Of a stretch of DNA of 32,000 nucleotides, positions 1-10,401 are shown one piece after another (positions within the stretch are counted from its first letter, which is position 1; each line of letters starts with the position of its first letter). Source of the DNA: Methanocaldococcus jannaschii DSM 2661. Its GTDB lineage: Archaea > AGJL01 > Methanococci > Methanococcales > Methanocaldococcaceae. The notes beneath the pieces are model-generated. The model did not search any database and was not told the origin of the DNA. It saw nothing but the letters and a program-made list of their open reading frames with translations. The stretch lies in NCBI RefSeq assembly GCF_000091665.1, contig NC_000909.1, forward strand, positions 1,494,118 to 1,526,117, given 5' to 3'. Both the position numbers and the translations under genes were made by a program.

Positions 1-77
1 GCATGATTCTGGATGGAATGGTAGAGTTTGTAGAAATCCAAAAGAAAATAAATATTGTGAGAGCTTTGGATATGTGA
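1..77 (+). CDS. C-terminal end of an upstream protein, start outside window
   Basis: Frame 3 is open from the window edge and reads ...MILDGMVEFVEIQKKINIVRALDM then TGA at 75-77. The stop overlaps the GTG start at 74 (ATGTGA-type overlap). Confidence 0.6.
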   Translation, partial: MILDGMVEFVEIQKKINIVRALDM

Positions 78-3000
78 TAAGAAAGAGAAAGTATGAATTT
101 TGTGTAAATAATCCAGATGCTAATTTAGGAAATTCAAGAGAAAGAGCATGTAGTGAAGCAATAGTATTTTGTAAAGGGAAAGTACAGGAGCATAACATAA
201 GATTTCCAGCAATATTTTATGTTGATAGAAAAAACAGAAATGAACATGAAATAAAAATGATAAAAAAAGAAATTGAAGAACAATTAAGAATGATTAACGG
301 AAAATACGCAATACTTTATGTTAGAGAAAATCCTTTATCTGAAAATAGAGTAATAGTCGGATGTGTTAAAATAAAGGAAATAATAGATGGTAGCAAGGAT
401 TACATTAGAAAAAAACAGAGTCCTAATAGAGTAGGAAGAGGCATTGTTTTTGATGTAGAGAATGATGTAATATTTGCTTTACCTTATCAAGAACTCTTAG
501 AATACTGCAAAAATAAAAATAAAGAAATTGAAGAAATTCTAAAAGAATTTAATTTAATTTTTGAAGTTGGGGACTTTGAAAGATACTTTAAAGGCATGTC
601 TAACTTTATATCCGATGAGGTGGCAGTCCAAATTCTTAAAAAAGGGCTTGAAATTGTTGAGGAATTCAATAAATTTAGAGAAGAAAATCAGGACTTTGAT
701 AAATACTTAACTGATGAGAATATAGCATTTAGACCTCATGTTATGAAAAAGTTTGATGAATTCGCTGAAAATATAAAAAAGGTTATTGCAGAACTTGAAG
801 GTAGTAAATATAAATATCCTGGACTTCCTGGAGTTCTTTATTTCTTAGGAATGGAAGATGCTTACTCAAGATATATTGAACTTTGGAAAAATGAAGGAGA
901 AAAAGGAGAAGAGAAACTTTATAATGCATTAATTGAAAGTTTAGAAAATAGAAAAGAAAATTTAGAGTTTGGAATTACAAAAAAGGTTATAGACAAATTT
1001 ATAGCACAGAAGGAAGAGTTTAGAGAGTTTTTAAAAAATTATGCTGTTTATTATGAGTTATCTGCATTTAAACTTGAAAAAATTAAGGAACAATATGAAA
1101 AAGAATTTATTAATTTAGATAACATAATAAAAAATCCATACATTTTGGTTGAGGATTTAAAAGAAAATGATAGTTTTGAAAGGATAATATTTGAAGAGCT
1201 TGACTCATGGGAAAGAAGAAGATTGGGGGATAAATTTAATCCTTACAGTCCATATAGAGTTAGAGCTTTATTGGTTGAAATTCTAAAAAGGCATTTAAGT
1301 TCAGGAAACACTACAATTTCAACAAAAGACCTTAAAGATTTCTTTGAAAAAATGGATAAAGACATTGTAAAGATAACTTTTGATGAATTTTTAAGGATAA
1401 TTGAGGAATATAAAGACATAATATCTGAAAAAGTTGAAATAGTCAAAAAAGAAGTTAAAAATAATGAAAATAAAGAAATTATTGAATTATTTACCCTAAA
1501 AGAAATTAGAGAATATGAGGAGATAATTGAAAATACCATAAATTATCTCTTAAAGTCGAAAGCTCCAAATATTGATTTGAATCCATTAGAAATTAGAGAA
1601 AAATTAAGAATAAAAAACGAAAATAAAAAACCAGCGGGAGTTGATAATGAAGAATATGAAAAAGCTTTAGATATGCAAACTGAGGCAGTTGTAAATCTAC
1701 TTAAAAATAGAGTTGGAATATTAACAGGACCAGCAGGCACTGGAAAAACAACGGTCATAAAAACAATTATGGAATTAATGAAGGAAGTGCTTGGATTAAA
1801 TAAAATCTACATATTAACACCAACTGGAAAGTCAGCAATGGTCGTTAATGAAAAATTAAATAATTTAGCAACTGCAAAAACAATACATAGATATATTGCA
1901 GAGGAATTTAAAGATTATTTTGAGGGAGATAATTATTTCATCCTTAGATTGGATAAAATAACTGGTAATGACAAGAAAGAAATTGATGCTTTAATTATAG
2001 ATGAATCATCAATGGTAGATATTGAAACAATGGGAAGATTATTGGGAACAATAAAATTGGATAATTTGAAGTATTTAATATTTGTTGGAGACATTAACCA
2101 ATTGCCACCAGTTGGTGCTGGAAAACCTTTCTATGACATTTATAACTATTTAGAAAAAGTTAATCCACAATCAATATGTAAATTGGAAATTGTCTTAAGG
2201 GCTGACTCTAAGAAGATTGTTGAACTTTCAAAATTGTTTTTAGATATTGATAAAGAAGAAAGAATAAAAATTTTGAATGAAATGTTTAAAAATAAAGAAA
2301 CTTTAGGAGATAATGAAATCTATAGGATTAAAGAGAATATTGGTGGCATAGAAAAGGAAATAATAACAATAGAAGTTGTTAAAGATGGAAACATTAAAAA
2401 ATCGTTAGAGAATGCTATAGAAACCATACTAAAAGAAAATAATACAGAAGATTTCTTTGACTTTGCAGTTTTTAATGATAAATTACAAATTTTAGTTCCA
2501 ACAAAAACTAAGGGAGAATTTGGTTCATATATGATTAATTTATTCATAAAACAGGAATCAAAGTTTATTCCAGACAAATATAAAAATAAAATGTTGGAGA
2601 ATTGGTTTTTTGGAGATGGTAAAGTTGCAGATAAAGTTATACAAATTAGAAACAATTACAAAAAATGGGTTTATGATACTGAAAGAAGGAAATGGGTAAA
2701 AGAACATGGCGTATTTAATGGAATGATGGGTTTCGCCTACACTTTCAAAAAATGGAACAAATACCAGAAAAAATATGAAAATAAAACCATTATAAGGTTC
2801 TACTATCCAAAAATAGAAGCATATACAGATGAAAAAGAAATGGAACATGCCTATGCAATAACAATTCATAAAAGTCAAGGTAGTGGATTTGAAAATGTCA
2901 TCTTAATAATTCCAAAAGGATTGAACAAATTTGTCTCAAAAGAAATGCTATATACTGCAATAACAAGAGCTAAAAAAAGATTGTATGTTATTGTTGAAGA

Positions 3001-3499
3001 AGAGCTTAAAAACTTCTTAGAAACAAATATTTCTGACTTAGCAAGGAGAAAAACTAATCTCCTTGAAAATTTTAACATTTCATATTTAGTTCCTTATATT
3101 GAAAATAGACAAATTATAACAATAAATGGGGAAAAAGTTAGAAGTTGGCAAGAATGTGTATTGGCAAATCTCTTCCATGAGGTAGGAATAGAATATATTT
3201 ATGAACTACTATCAGAATATTTAAAAATTGGAGTTCTTCCTGACTTCAAATTAAATATAAAAAATAGAACAATTCTTTGGGAACATTATGGTATGTTAGA
3301 AAATGAAAAGTATAGAAAAAGACAGAAAGAAGAAAAAGAACCCATATATAAACAAAATGGATTTGAGATAATTAAACTCTCAGAAATTAATGAAAATACT
3401 AAGTTGGGGGACAAGGTTTTAATTATTTCAACATCTGAGGATTTAAAAAATAATAGTCAAGTATTGGAAAAACTAAAAACTCTGCAACAAATTTCTTAA
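74..3499 (+). CDS. Superfamily 1 (RecD/TraA-like) helicase with C-terminal PD-(D/E)XK-like nuclease domain
   Basis: Walker A GPAGTGKTTVIK, Walker B LIIDESSMVD, motif III FVGDINQLPPVGAGKPF, and C-terminal helicase motifs AITIHKSQGSGFENVILIIP and LYTAITRAKKRLYVI. C-terminal PDFKLN...ILWEHYGM...YR.R...K is nuclease-like. The frame is also open upstream of GTG 74. Confidence 0.88.
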   Translation: MIRKRKYEFCVNNPDANLGNSRERACSEAIVFCKGKVQEHNIRFPAIFYVDRKNRNEHEIKMIKKEIEEQLRMINGKYAILYVRENPLSENRVIVGCVKIKEIIDGSKDYIRKKQSPNRVGRGIVFDVENDVIFALPYQELLEYCKNKNKEIEEILKEFNLIFEVGDFERYFKGMSNFISDEVAVQILKKGLEIVEEFNKFREENQDFDKYLTDENIAFRPHVMKKFDEFAENIKKVIAELEGSKYKYPGLPGVLYFLGMEDAYSRYIELWKNEGEKGEEKLYNALIESLENRKENLEFGITKKVIDKFIAQKEEFREFLKNYAVYYELSAFKLEKIKEQYEKEFINLDNIIKNPYILVEDLKENDSFERIIFEELDSWERRRLGDKFNPYSPYRVRALLVEILKRHLSSGNTTISTKDLKDFFEKMDKDIVKITFDEFLRIIEEYKDIISEKVEIVKKEVKNNENKEIIELFTLKEIREYEEIIENTINYLLKSKAPNIDLNPLEIREKLRIKNENKKPAGVDNEEYEKALDMQTEAVVNLLKNRVGILTGPAGTGKTTVIKTIMELMKEVLGLNKIYILTPTGKSAMVVNEKLNNLATAKTIHRYIAEEFKDYFEGDNYFILRLDKITGNDKKEIDALIIDESSMVDIETMGRLLGTIKLDNLKYLIFVGDINQLPPVGAGKPFYDIYNYLEKVNPQSICKLEIVLRADSKKIVELSKLFLDIDKEERIKILNEMFKNKETLGDNEIYRIKENIGGIEKEIITIEVVKDGNIKKSLENAIETILKENNTEDFFDFAVFNDKLQILVPTKTKGEFGSYMINLFIKQESKFIPDKYKNKMLENWFFGDGKVADKVIQIRNNYKKWVYDTERRKWVKEHGVFNGMMGFAYTFKKWNKYQKKYENKTIIRFYYPKIEAYTDEKEMEHAYAITIHKSQGSGFENVILIIPKGLNKFVSKEMLYTAITRAKKRLYVIVEEELKNFLETNISDLARRKTNLLENFNISYLVPYIENRQIITINGEKVRSWQECVLANLFHEVGIEYIYELLSEYLKIGVLPDFKLNIKNRTILWEHYGMLENEKYRKRQKEEKEPIYKQNGFEIIKLSEINENTKLGDKVLIISTSEDLKNNSQVLEKLKTLQQIS

Positions 3500-3530
3500 A
3501 CTTCTAAAAATGACATTATGATTTATTCTT

Positions 3531-4694
3531 TTATAACAAATCCCTTAAAATTCTAAATCCTAATCCAATATCTAATGATTTTAAAACCTTTATAGATAAA
3601 GATGCCTGCCTATCCATATCTCCATGCTTATTTATATAATCAATCAAATCACTTTTTGATAATTTCTCAATGATTTTATCTAAAGTATCGTTTCCCAGCT
3701 TTAAAAACAATTTTCTAACTCTCAAACCATTTTTTATCTCACTTCCAAATGTTTCTTTCCATCTTTTATCATAAAGCTCTAAATTCTCTATATCCTCATT
3801 TAAATATTTACTAATAACCTCACCTGCTATCTTTCCACCCATTGCTCCAAAATACAACCCTCCCCCACTTAGAGGCTTTACATGACAGGCAGCATCTCCA
3901 ACTAATAAAACATTATCTTTAAAGGTTTTATCTAAATAACCAATTGGTAAAGAGCCAGTAGAAAATTCTGTTATTGTAGCATTTTTTAATATCTCCTTAG
4001 CTATTTTATTTTCATTTATAAATCTTATAAGCTTGTTGTAGCAGTTTCCTCTATCTATCAAACCAACCCTAACCCTATCCTTCCCCATTGGAATAATCCA
4101 TGTAAAAAATCTCTCTGAATATTTTCTATCCAAGAAAATATAAACAAAATCATCATCTACCTCAGCATTGACCATTTCAAATTGACAGCTTGATAAAATC
4201 TCTCTATTTTTGTTATTTACTAAGCCCAATTTTTTGCCAGTTATTGTTTTAGCTCCATCAGCACCAACAATAATTTTTGGATTTAGGGTTATTTTTTCTC
4301 CTAAGTGGGTTATTTCCACTTTATAACCATTTTTATCTTTCTCAATTTTTCCATAAGCTTTTAATAAAAAATCGCATTTTTTTGCCGCTCTAATGGCTAT
4401 ATCTTTATCCATAACCTTTCTCTCAAAAATGTAAGCTCTAATTCCCTCATTGCCTATTTTTACCATGCTATTTTTGGAATATATATAAGCTCCTCTAACT
4501 TTATTAACTACTCCTTTAGGATTACCAAGCTCCTTAACCCCATTTTTGCTAATTAAGCCAGCACACTGCAAAGGAACACCTATAGATTGATGCTCTTCAA
4601 CAATCAAAACCCTACCATTTTTTATATACTCTCCAGTTATACAGCCAACCGGCCCTCCACCGATAATCACAACATCGTAATCGTTTCTATTCAC
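3531..4694 (-). CDS. FAD-dependent oxidoreductase, geranylgeranyl reductase family
   Basis: N-terminal dinucleotide-binding motif YDVVIIGGGPVGCITGEYI, plus DNVLLVGDAACHVKPLSGGGLYFGAMGG. Confidence 0.9.
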   Translation of the reverse strand: MNRNDYDVVIIGGGPVGCITGEYIKNGRVLIVEEHQSIGVPLQCAGLISKNGVKELGNPKGVVNKVRGAYIYSKNSMVKIGNEGIRAYIFERKVMDKDIAIRAAKKCDFLLKAYGKIEKDKNGYKVEITHLGEKITLNPKIIVGADGAKTITGKKLGLVNNKNREILSSCQFEMVNAEVDDDFVYIFLDRKYSERFFTWIIPMGKDRVRVGLIDRGNCYNKLIRFINENKIAKEILKNATITEFSTGSLPIGYLDKTFKDNVLLVGDAACHVKPLSGGGLYFGAMGGKIAGEVISKYLNEDIENLELYDKRWKETFGSEIKNGLRVRKLFLKLGNDTLDKIIEKLSKSDLIDYINKHGDMDRQASLSIKVLKSLDIGLGFRILRDLL

Positions 4695-4782
4695 ATTACC
4701 ACCAAAAAATTTATATGCTTTCTAAATGTAAAGTTTAGTGTCTGTATATCCAGATATTAAAAACTAAAAGATTGGTGGGATT

Positions 4783-6051
4783 GTGAATATTGTATTATTT
4801 CTCGGCTATTTATCTATTCTTTTTGCTGGAGGTGCCATAATAGCAAAAATTGCTAAAAAGATTGGCATACCTGATATTCCTCTATTACTAATATTTGGTC
4901 TCATACTTTCTATACTAAATGTAATCCCAAAAAATATTGTTGAAAGCTCCTTTGATTTTATTGGAAACTTTGGATTAATTATATTGTTGTTTATTGGTTC
5001 ATTTGAAATGGAATGGAACATTATGAAGAGAGTATTGGATGTTATAATAAAACTCGATATACTGGCTTTATTAATTGTTTGGATTATATCTGGAATAGTA
5101 TTTAACTTTGTCTTTCATCTTCCAATCTTATCATTGATTGGATTGCTATTTGGGGCTATCGTTTCGGCTACTGACCCTGCTACATTAATACCAATATTCT
5201 CAAGCATGGATATTGATCCAGAAGTAGCAATAACCTTAGAAGCAGAGAGTGTTTTTAACGACCCATTAGGGATTGTTGTAACACTTATATGTTTATCAGC
5301 CCTTGGTTTAGCTAAAGCTGAGAATCCAATTCTTGAATTTTTCTCATTAGCTGTTGGTGGGATAATATTGGGGGTTATAGCAGGCAAGTTCTATGAAATT
5401 ATTATCTCAAAAATTAAGTTTGAGGACTATATTGCTCCATTTACTTTAGGATTGGCTATTGCCTTTTGGTATTTTGCTGAGGGAATTTTCCCATCAATAA
5501 CTGGCTATGAAATTAGTGGATTTATGGCAGTGGCTATAATGGGATTATATATTGGAAACGTCATAGTGCATAAAAAAGAACATAAAAAAGATATGGAAAA
5601 GGTTGCAGTGTTTATGGATGAACTCTCCATATTTATCAGAATATTAATCTTCGTATTATTAGGGGCAAGTATCTCAATCCCATTATTAGAAAAATATGCA
5701 CTCCCTGCATTTTTATGTGCATTGGGTTCTATACTTTTAGCAAGACCTGTTGGTGTTTTGATAGCTACAGCTATTCCACCAATTAGACCACTTACTGAAA
5801 GGATATATTTAGCTTTAGAAGGGCCGAGAGGGGTAGTTCCAGCAACGTTAGCAGCAATGGTTTATACAGAGATTATGAAACATCCAAACATAGTTCCAAA
5901 AAATATAGCAAGCTTAATGCCTCCAACAGAACTCGCTGGAACTATATTAGTAGCAACCTTTATGACAATAATAGTCAGTGTTGTCTTGGAAGCCTCATGG
6001 GCAAAACCATTAGCAAATATATTATTGAAAAGAAAGACCTCAACCTCCTAA
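4783..6051 (+). CDS. Na+/H+ antiporter, CPA1/NhaP-like
   Basis: About 12 hydrophobic segments, motif GAIVSATDPATLIP and EAESVFNDPLGIV typical of CPA1 antiporters. Confidence 0.9.
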   Translation: MNIVLFLGYLSILFAGGAIIAKIAKKIGIPDIPLLLIFGLILSILNVIPKNIVESSFDFIGNFGLIILLFIGSFEMEWNIMKRVLDVIIKLDILALLIVWIISGIVFNFVFHLPILSLIGLLFGAIVSATDPATLIPIFSSMDIDPEVAITLEAESVFNDPLGIVVTLICLSALGLAKAENPILEFFSLAVGGIILGVIAGKFYEIIISKIKFEDYIAPFTLGLAIAFWYFAEGIFPSITGYEISGFMAVAIMGLYIGNVIVHKKEHKKDMEKVAVFMDELSIFIRILIFVLLGASISIPLLEKYALPAFLCALGSILLARPVGVLIATAIPPIRPLTERIYLALEGPRGVVPATLAAMVYTEIMKHPNIVPKNIASLMPPTELAGTILVATFMTIIVSVVLEASWAKPLANILLKRKTSTS

Positions 6052-6197
6052 TTTCAATTTTTAAATTTTTAATTCAAAATTTAACTTATATTTTTATATT
6101 CTTATTTTATATTCTTATTCTGATATCTTTACCTTATCTTTTTAATTTTATTGATATTTAAAAACATAATAGTAATAAATTATTTGAATGTGAAACT

Positions 6198-6833
6198 ATG
6201 ATTTATATAGTTGGAATTGGACCAGGAGATAGAGAATATTTAACTTTAAAAGCAATAAAAATTGTTGAAAATGCTGATTTGGTTGTTGGTAGTAAAAGGG
6301 CTTTAGAATTATTTAATATAGATGAAGATAAAAAAATAACTCTAACAAAAAACTTAATTGGAGAGTTAAAAGAGCTAATAAAAAATGAAAATATAAAAAA
6401 TAAAAAGATTGCCATATTATCAACTGGAGACCCATGTTTTAGTGGATTATTAAAAACATTATTAAAGATTGGAGCTAAAAAAGAAGATATTGAAGCTATC
6501 TCTGGAATTTCATCTATACAAATAGCAGCTGCAAAATTAAAAATCTCCTGGGAAGATTATTATATAATAACACTCCACGGAAAAGAAGAAAATAGGAAAA
6601 AGCTTTTAAATTTGATAAAAAATCATGAGAAAGTTATCTTCTTACCAAACAATTTGAAAGAGGATGCGAAGTTTTTAATAAATAATGGTATAAATCCAGA
6701 CACAAAAATTTGGGTTTTAGAAAATCTAACTTATGAAAATGAAAAAATTAGCTTAAAATCTTTAAAAGAAATAGCTAATGGAGATTTCTCTTATTTAACA
6801 GTTTGTGTTTATGAGGGAGACGAAGAGATTTGA
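6198..6833 (+). CDS. cbiE: Cobalt-precorrin-7 (C5)-methyltransferase CbiE-type tetrapyrrole methylase
   Basis: MIYIVGIGPGDREYLTLKAIKIVENADLVVGSKR, ILSTGDPCFSGLL, EAISGISSIQIAAAKL. Confidence 0.85.
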   Translation: MIYIVGIGPGDREYLTLKAIKIVENADLVVGSKRALELFNIDEDKKITLTKNLIGELKELIKNENIKNKKIAILSTGDPCFSGLLKTLLKIGAKKEDIEAISGISSIQIAAAKLKISWEDYYIITLHGKEENRKKLLNLIKNHEKVIFLPNNLKEDAKFLINNGINPDTKIWVLENLTYENEKISLKSLKEIANGDFSYLTVCVYEGDEEI

Positions 6834-6898
6834 GTGAGGACAGTTAATGATACTTTAAGTTTTGATCAACCTTTTACTAAAAGGTTGGAGAGGAGAGG

Positions 6899-7273
6899 AT
6901 GATTAGGGAACTATTATTAATAGGTGTTGGAGGATTTTTTGGAGCTATTTTTAGATATTTAATCAGCGGGATTGTTCCAGTAAAGTTTGGATTACCAACA
7001 GGGACATTAGCAGTTAATTTAATAGGTAGTTTTATCTTAGGATTTTTGTTATACTGCTCTTTATTCGCTCCAATACCAACTGAATATAAATTATTCATTG
7101 GAACTGGATTTTGTGGAGCTTTAACAACCTTTTCAACATTTTCTTATGAAACCTTTGTCTTAGTTGATGAAGGATTATTATTTAAAGCTCTACTAAATAT
7201 ATTAATCAATGTAGTTGGCTGTTTGATTATGGTTTATTTTGGTAGGGTTTTAGCTTTAGCTATCTTTAGGTAG
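6899..7273 (+). CDS. crcB: Fluoride exporter CrcB/Fluc
   Basis: LLLIGVGGFFGAIFRYLISG, LAVNLIGSFILGFL and GTGFCGALTTFSTFSYE are diagnostic CrcB motifs. Confidence 0.95.
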   Translation: MIRELLLIGVGGFFGAIFRYLISGIVPVKFGLPTGTLAVNLIGSFILGFLLYCSLFAPIPTEYKLFIGTGFCGALTTFSTFSYETFVLVDEGLLFKALLNILINVVGCLIMVYFGRVLALAIFR

Positions 7274-7281
7274 GTGAAATA

Positions 7282-7608
7282 ATGATAAAGGCAAAAATCT
7301 TAAAAATTTATTTAAGGGAAGGAGATAAATTTGAAGGAGAGTTGATGTATAAACATATTATGAAAATACTAAAAAGGGAGGGGATAAGTGGGGCTACTGT
7401 CTATAAAGGAATATGTGGTTATGGAGTTAGAGGAGTAGCTGAGTTTGACATATTTAGGCTATCTGTAAATCTCCCAGTGATTATTGAATGTGTTGATATT
7501 GAAGAAAATATAAATAGGGTTTTACCTAAGTTATATGAAGTTATAAAAAATAACGGATTGATAATAATAACTGACTGTCATGTATATAAAGGTGAAACTT
7601 ATGAGTAA
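7282..7608 (+). CDS. DUF190 family protein
   Basis: LKIYLREGDKFEGELMYKHIMKILKREGISGATVYKGICGYG; starts 8 nt after the crcB stop, a common crcB/DUF190 pairing. Confidence 0.85.
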   Translation: MIKAKILKIYLREGDKFEGELMYKHIMKILKREGISGATVYKGICGYGVRGVAEFDIFRLSVNLPVIIECVDIEENINRVLPKLYEVIKNNGLIIITDCHVYKGETYE

Positions 7609-10381
7609 TGCATTAGAAAAAATAAACAATTTTTTCAAAGAGAAAAGCTGGATAAAGGTATTTTTAATTATTTTGATGTTGATGTTTGTAAGTTTTCAGT
7701 TGAGGGCTCAAACAGCGGATATGAAATTTGCCCAAGATAACGAATTTTTAAAAGATATGTTTTCAGATGAACATGGAAGGATGTATCTTTTAGCGTTAGA
7801 CCCTTACTACTACTTAAGATTAAGTGAAAATCTCTACAATAACGGACACTGTGGGGATACAATAAAAGTTGTTGATGGAAAAGAAACACCTTATGATTTA
7901 TATCAATACGCTCCTCCAGGACATCCACTGCCTTGGGAACCACCAGTTATCTGTTTAGCAACATTAGCTATCTACTATATATGGCATTCTATTGATTTGA
8001 CTGTAACCATTATGAATGCTGCCTTCTGGGTTCCAGCAGTGTTGGGGATGTTGTTGGGAATACCAATTTATTTCGTGGTTAGGAGAGTTACAAATAGTAA
8101 CATTGGAGGGATAGCTGGGGCTATAGCCCTAATATCGGCTCCTGGTTTATTATACAAAACATGTGCTGGATTTGCAGACACACCAATATTTGAAGTTCTA
8201 CCAATACTCTTTATAGTTTGGTTTATTCTTGAGTCAATACACAGCCAGGAAAAAACTGCATTATTTAAAAAGGATTTAAAGAATCCTATTTCTTTATTCG
8301 TAATCGCTGCATTAATAATCGAGTTAATAATTGGAGCTTACTTAAATATCGCTTCAGGAGAAAGTGTAGTTATCGCTTCAATATTATTTTATACAGTATC
8401 TTTAGCATTTATTTTAGCAGGTTTAATAATAGCAGGAATTAAAAAATTGAAAGGTAATGAATTAGAGTTTGAATTATTTGCTTTATTGGCTGTAATATTA
8501 ACAGCTGTGTCTCCAAAAATGTGGGGAGCTTGGTGGTATGGATTCGATGTAATAACCGCTTTCTTAGTAATATATATCATCGCCTTAGCATTATTAAAAT
8601 CACAGGTAAAAATAAAAGAGTTTATTAATATTGGAAACCTTAAAAACATTGTCTATCTATCCATATTTTACATATTTGGGTCATTTGTATTATTGGTAGC
8701 AATATATGGTATGGGGATAGCAATTTCACCAATTACTTCACCTCTGGGTTATAACCAAATACTTTCAACTTACACTCAAACAACTGGTTGGCCTAACGTT
8801 TATACAACCGTTGCAGAGCTTGCAAAACCAAGCTCATGGAGTGAGATATTTACAAATGCCATTGGTTCAGATACAATAGCAATTGTTGGAATACTTGGGA
8901 TACTTTTATCATTCTTATCTTTAAGATATGAAAAAGTTAAGTTGGATATAAAATATTCTATATTATTGGCTATTTGGTTAGCAGTAACTTTATATGCAGC
9001 AACAAAAGGAATTAGGTTTGCAGCTTTAGCAACTCCTCCATTGGCAATTGGTTTAGGGATATTTGTTGGGCAGTTAGAGAGATTCTTAAAAATGAAAAGC
9101 GATATTGCAATATTTGGTATTGGCATCCCTGCTGGAATATTTGGATTATTAATACTTTCAAAATACTCTGCAAAAATCTCTCAAATACTATTACCAACGA
9201 CTTATGTTCCTATAATTGCCTATGGATTTTTAATTGTCTTAGCCCTATTAGCTATCTACAAAATATCTGATATAATCTCAACATTAAATGACAAAAAAGA
9301 AACAATAATAAAAGTTTCTACATTACTACTTTGCATTGGAGTCGTTATACCTCCATTATCTGCCGTAGTTCCATTTTCTGTTGCCCCAACCTTCAACAAC
9401 GGATGGAAAGAAGGTTTAGATTGGATAAAGGCAAATACTCCAAACAACTCAGTTATAACCTGCTGGTGGGATAACGGGCACATCTACACTTATGAGGCAA
9501 GAAGAATGGTAACATTTGATGGAGGTAGTCAAAACTCTCCAAGAGCTTACTGGGTAGGAAGAGCTTTTGCGACATCAAACGAAAATCTATCTATCGGAAT
9601 AATTAGGATGTTAGCAACAAGTGGAGATGAAGCATTTAAAAAAGGCAGTGTTCTAATGAACTTCACTCACAACAATGTCTCAAAGACAGTTAAGATATTG
9701 AATGAAATATTGCCAGTAGATAGAAGTAAAGCTTATGATATATTAACTAAAAAATACGGGTTGAGTGATAAAAAAGCAAAATTAGTTCTAAATGCAACCC
9801 ATCCAGAACATCCAAATCCAGATTATTTAATAACATACAACAGAATGACAGATATTGCCCCAGTTTGGAGTATGTTTGGATTCTGGAATTTCTCTCTACC
9901 ACCAAACACTCCAAATGACAAGAGGGAAAAAGGAGCGTTCTTTAAAGGAACTGCCTACTATTTAGGAAATGGAACAATCTTAGCAAATGTAAATGTCTAT
10001 ACATATAGTTATGTCACATTAATAAATAGTACTAACATTTCAACAGCAATTGTTCAAAAAATAAATGGACAAGCAAAAATCATTGGAACATTTAAGATAC
10101 ACAAGTTGTATATTAAAACACCTTTGGGAGTTAAGGAACTTGTATTAAATAAAGATGGACAGTTATCAGAGTTTATTAGAATAGAAGCAGATGGAAGAGG
10201 GTATGCCTGGTTAGCAACAAGAAACTTAGAAGATAGTATCTACGCTAAATTACACTTCTTAGATGGTTATGGATTAAAGCATATAAAGCTGGTTAAAGCT
10301 ACAATAGACCCAACAGACTTTGGCATTCAGCCAGGATTTAAGATTTATAAGGTAGATTATGGAACTGATTATCTAAAATAA
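7601..10381 (+). CDS. aglB: Archaeal STT3/AglB oligosaccharyltransferase (dolichyl-phosphooligosaccharide-protein glycotransferase)
   Basis: Multi-spanning N-terminus with DxD-type motifs and the catalytic-signature variant TCWWDNGHIYTYEARRMVTFDGGSQ. The ATG at 7601 (RBS GGTGA) is preferred over the listed 7580 start. Confidence 0.92.
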   Translation: MSNALEKINNFFKEKSWIKVFLIILMLMFVSFQLRAQTADMKFAQDNEFLKDMFSDEHGRMYLLALDPYYYLRLSENLYNNGHCGDTIKVVDGKETPYDLYQYAPPGHPLPWEPPVICLATLAIYYIWHSIDLTVTIMNAAFWVPAVLGMLLGIPIYFVVRRVTNSNIGGIAGAIALISAPGLLYKTCAGFADTPIFEVLPILFIVWFILESIHSQEKTALFKKDLKNPISLFVIAALIIELIIGAYLNIASGESVVIASILFYTVSLAFILAGLIIAGIKKLKGNELEFELFALLAVILTAVSPKMWGAWWYGFDVITAFLVIYIIALALLKSQVKIKEFINIGNLKNIVYLSIFYIFGSFVLLVAIYGMGIAISPITSPLGYNQILSTYTQTTGWPNVYTTVAELAKPSSWSEIFTNAIGSDTIAIVGILGILLSFLSLRYEKVKLDIKYSILLAIWLAVTLYAATKGIRFAALATPPLAIGLGIFVGQLERFLKMKSDIAIFGIGIPAGIFGLLILSKYSAKISQILLPTTYVPIIAYGFLIVLALLAIYKISDIISTLNDKKETIIKVSTLLLCIGVVIPPLSAVVPFSVAPTFNNGWKEGLDWIKANTPNNSVITCWWDNGHIYTYEARRMVTFDGGSQNSPRAYWVGRAFATSNENLSIGIIRMLATSGDEAFKKGSVLMNFTHNNVSKTVKILNEILPVDRSKAYDILTKKYGLSDKKAKLVLNATHPEHPNPDYLITYNRMTDIAPVWSMFGFWNFSLPPNTPNDKREKGAFFKGTAYYLGNGTILANVNVYTYSYVTLINSTNISTAIVQKINGQAKIIGTFKIHKLYIKTPLGVKELVLNKDGQLSEFIRIEADGRGYAWLATRNLEDSIYAKLHFLDGYGLKHIKLVKATIDPTDFGIQPGFKIYKVDYGTDYLK

Positions 10382-10401
10382 ACTTTTTAAACTTTGATGA
10401 G

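Noticed and set aside
1243-3078. Antisense ORFs within the helicase gene (1243-1539, 1543-1758, 2320-2655, 2558-2878, 2875-3078)
   Set aside because: F/S/L-rich translations are the expected shadow of K/E/N-rich coding sequence on the other strand.
6052-6197. AT-rich repeated ttatattcttattttatattcttattct between the antiporter and cbiE genes
   Set aside because: Degenerate low-complexity sequence consistent with a T-rich terminator and promoter spacer, not a distinct repeat family.
6834-6898. Fluoride (crcB) riboswitch upstream of crcB
   Set aside because: The leader lacks the recognisable conserved riboswitch core sequences and is short; only a simple 9-bp hairpin is visible.
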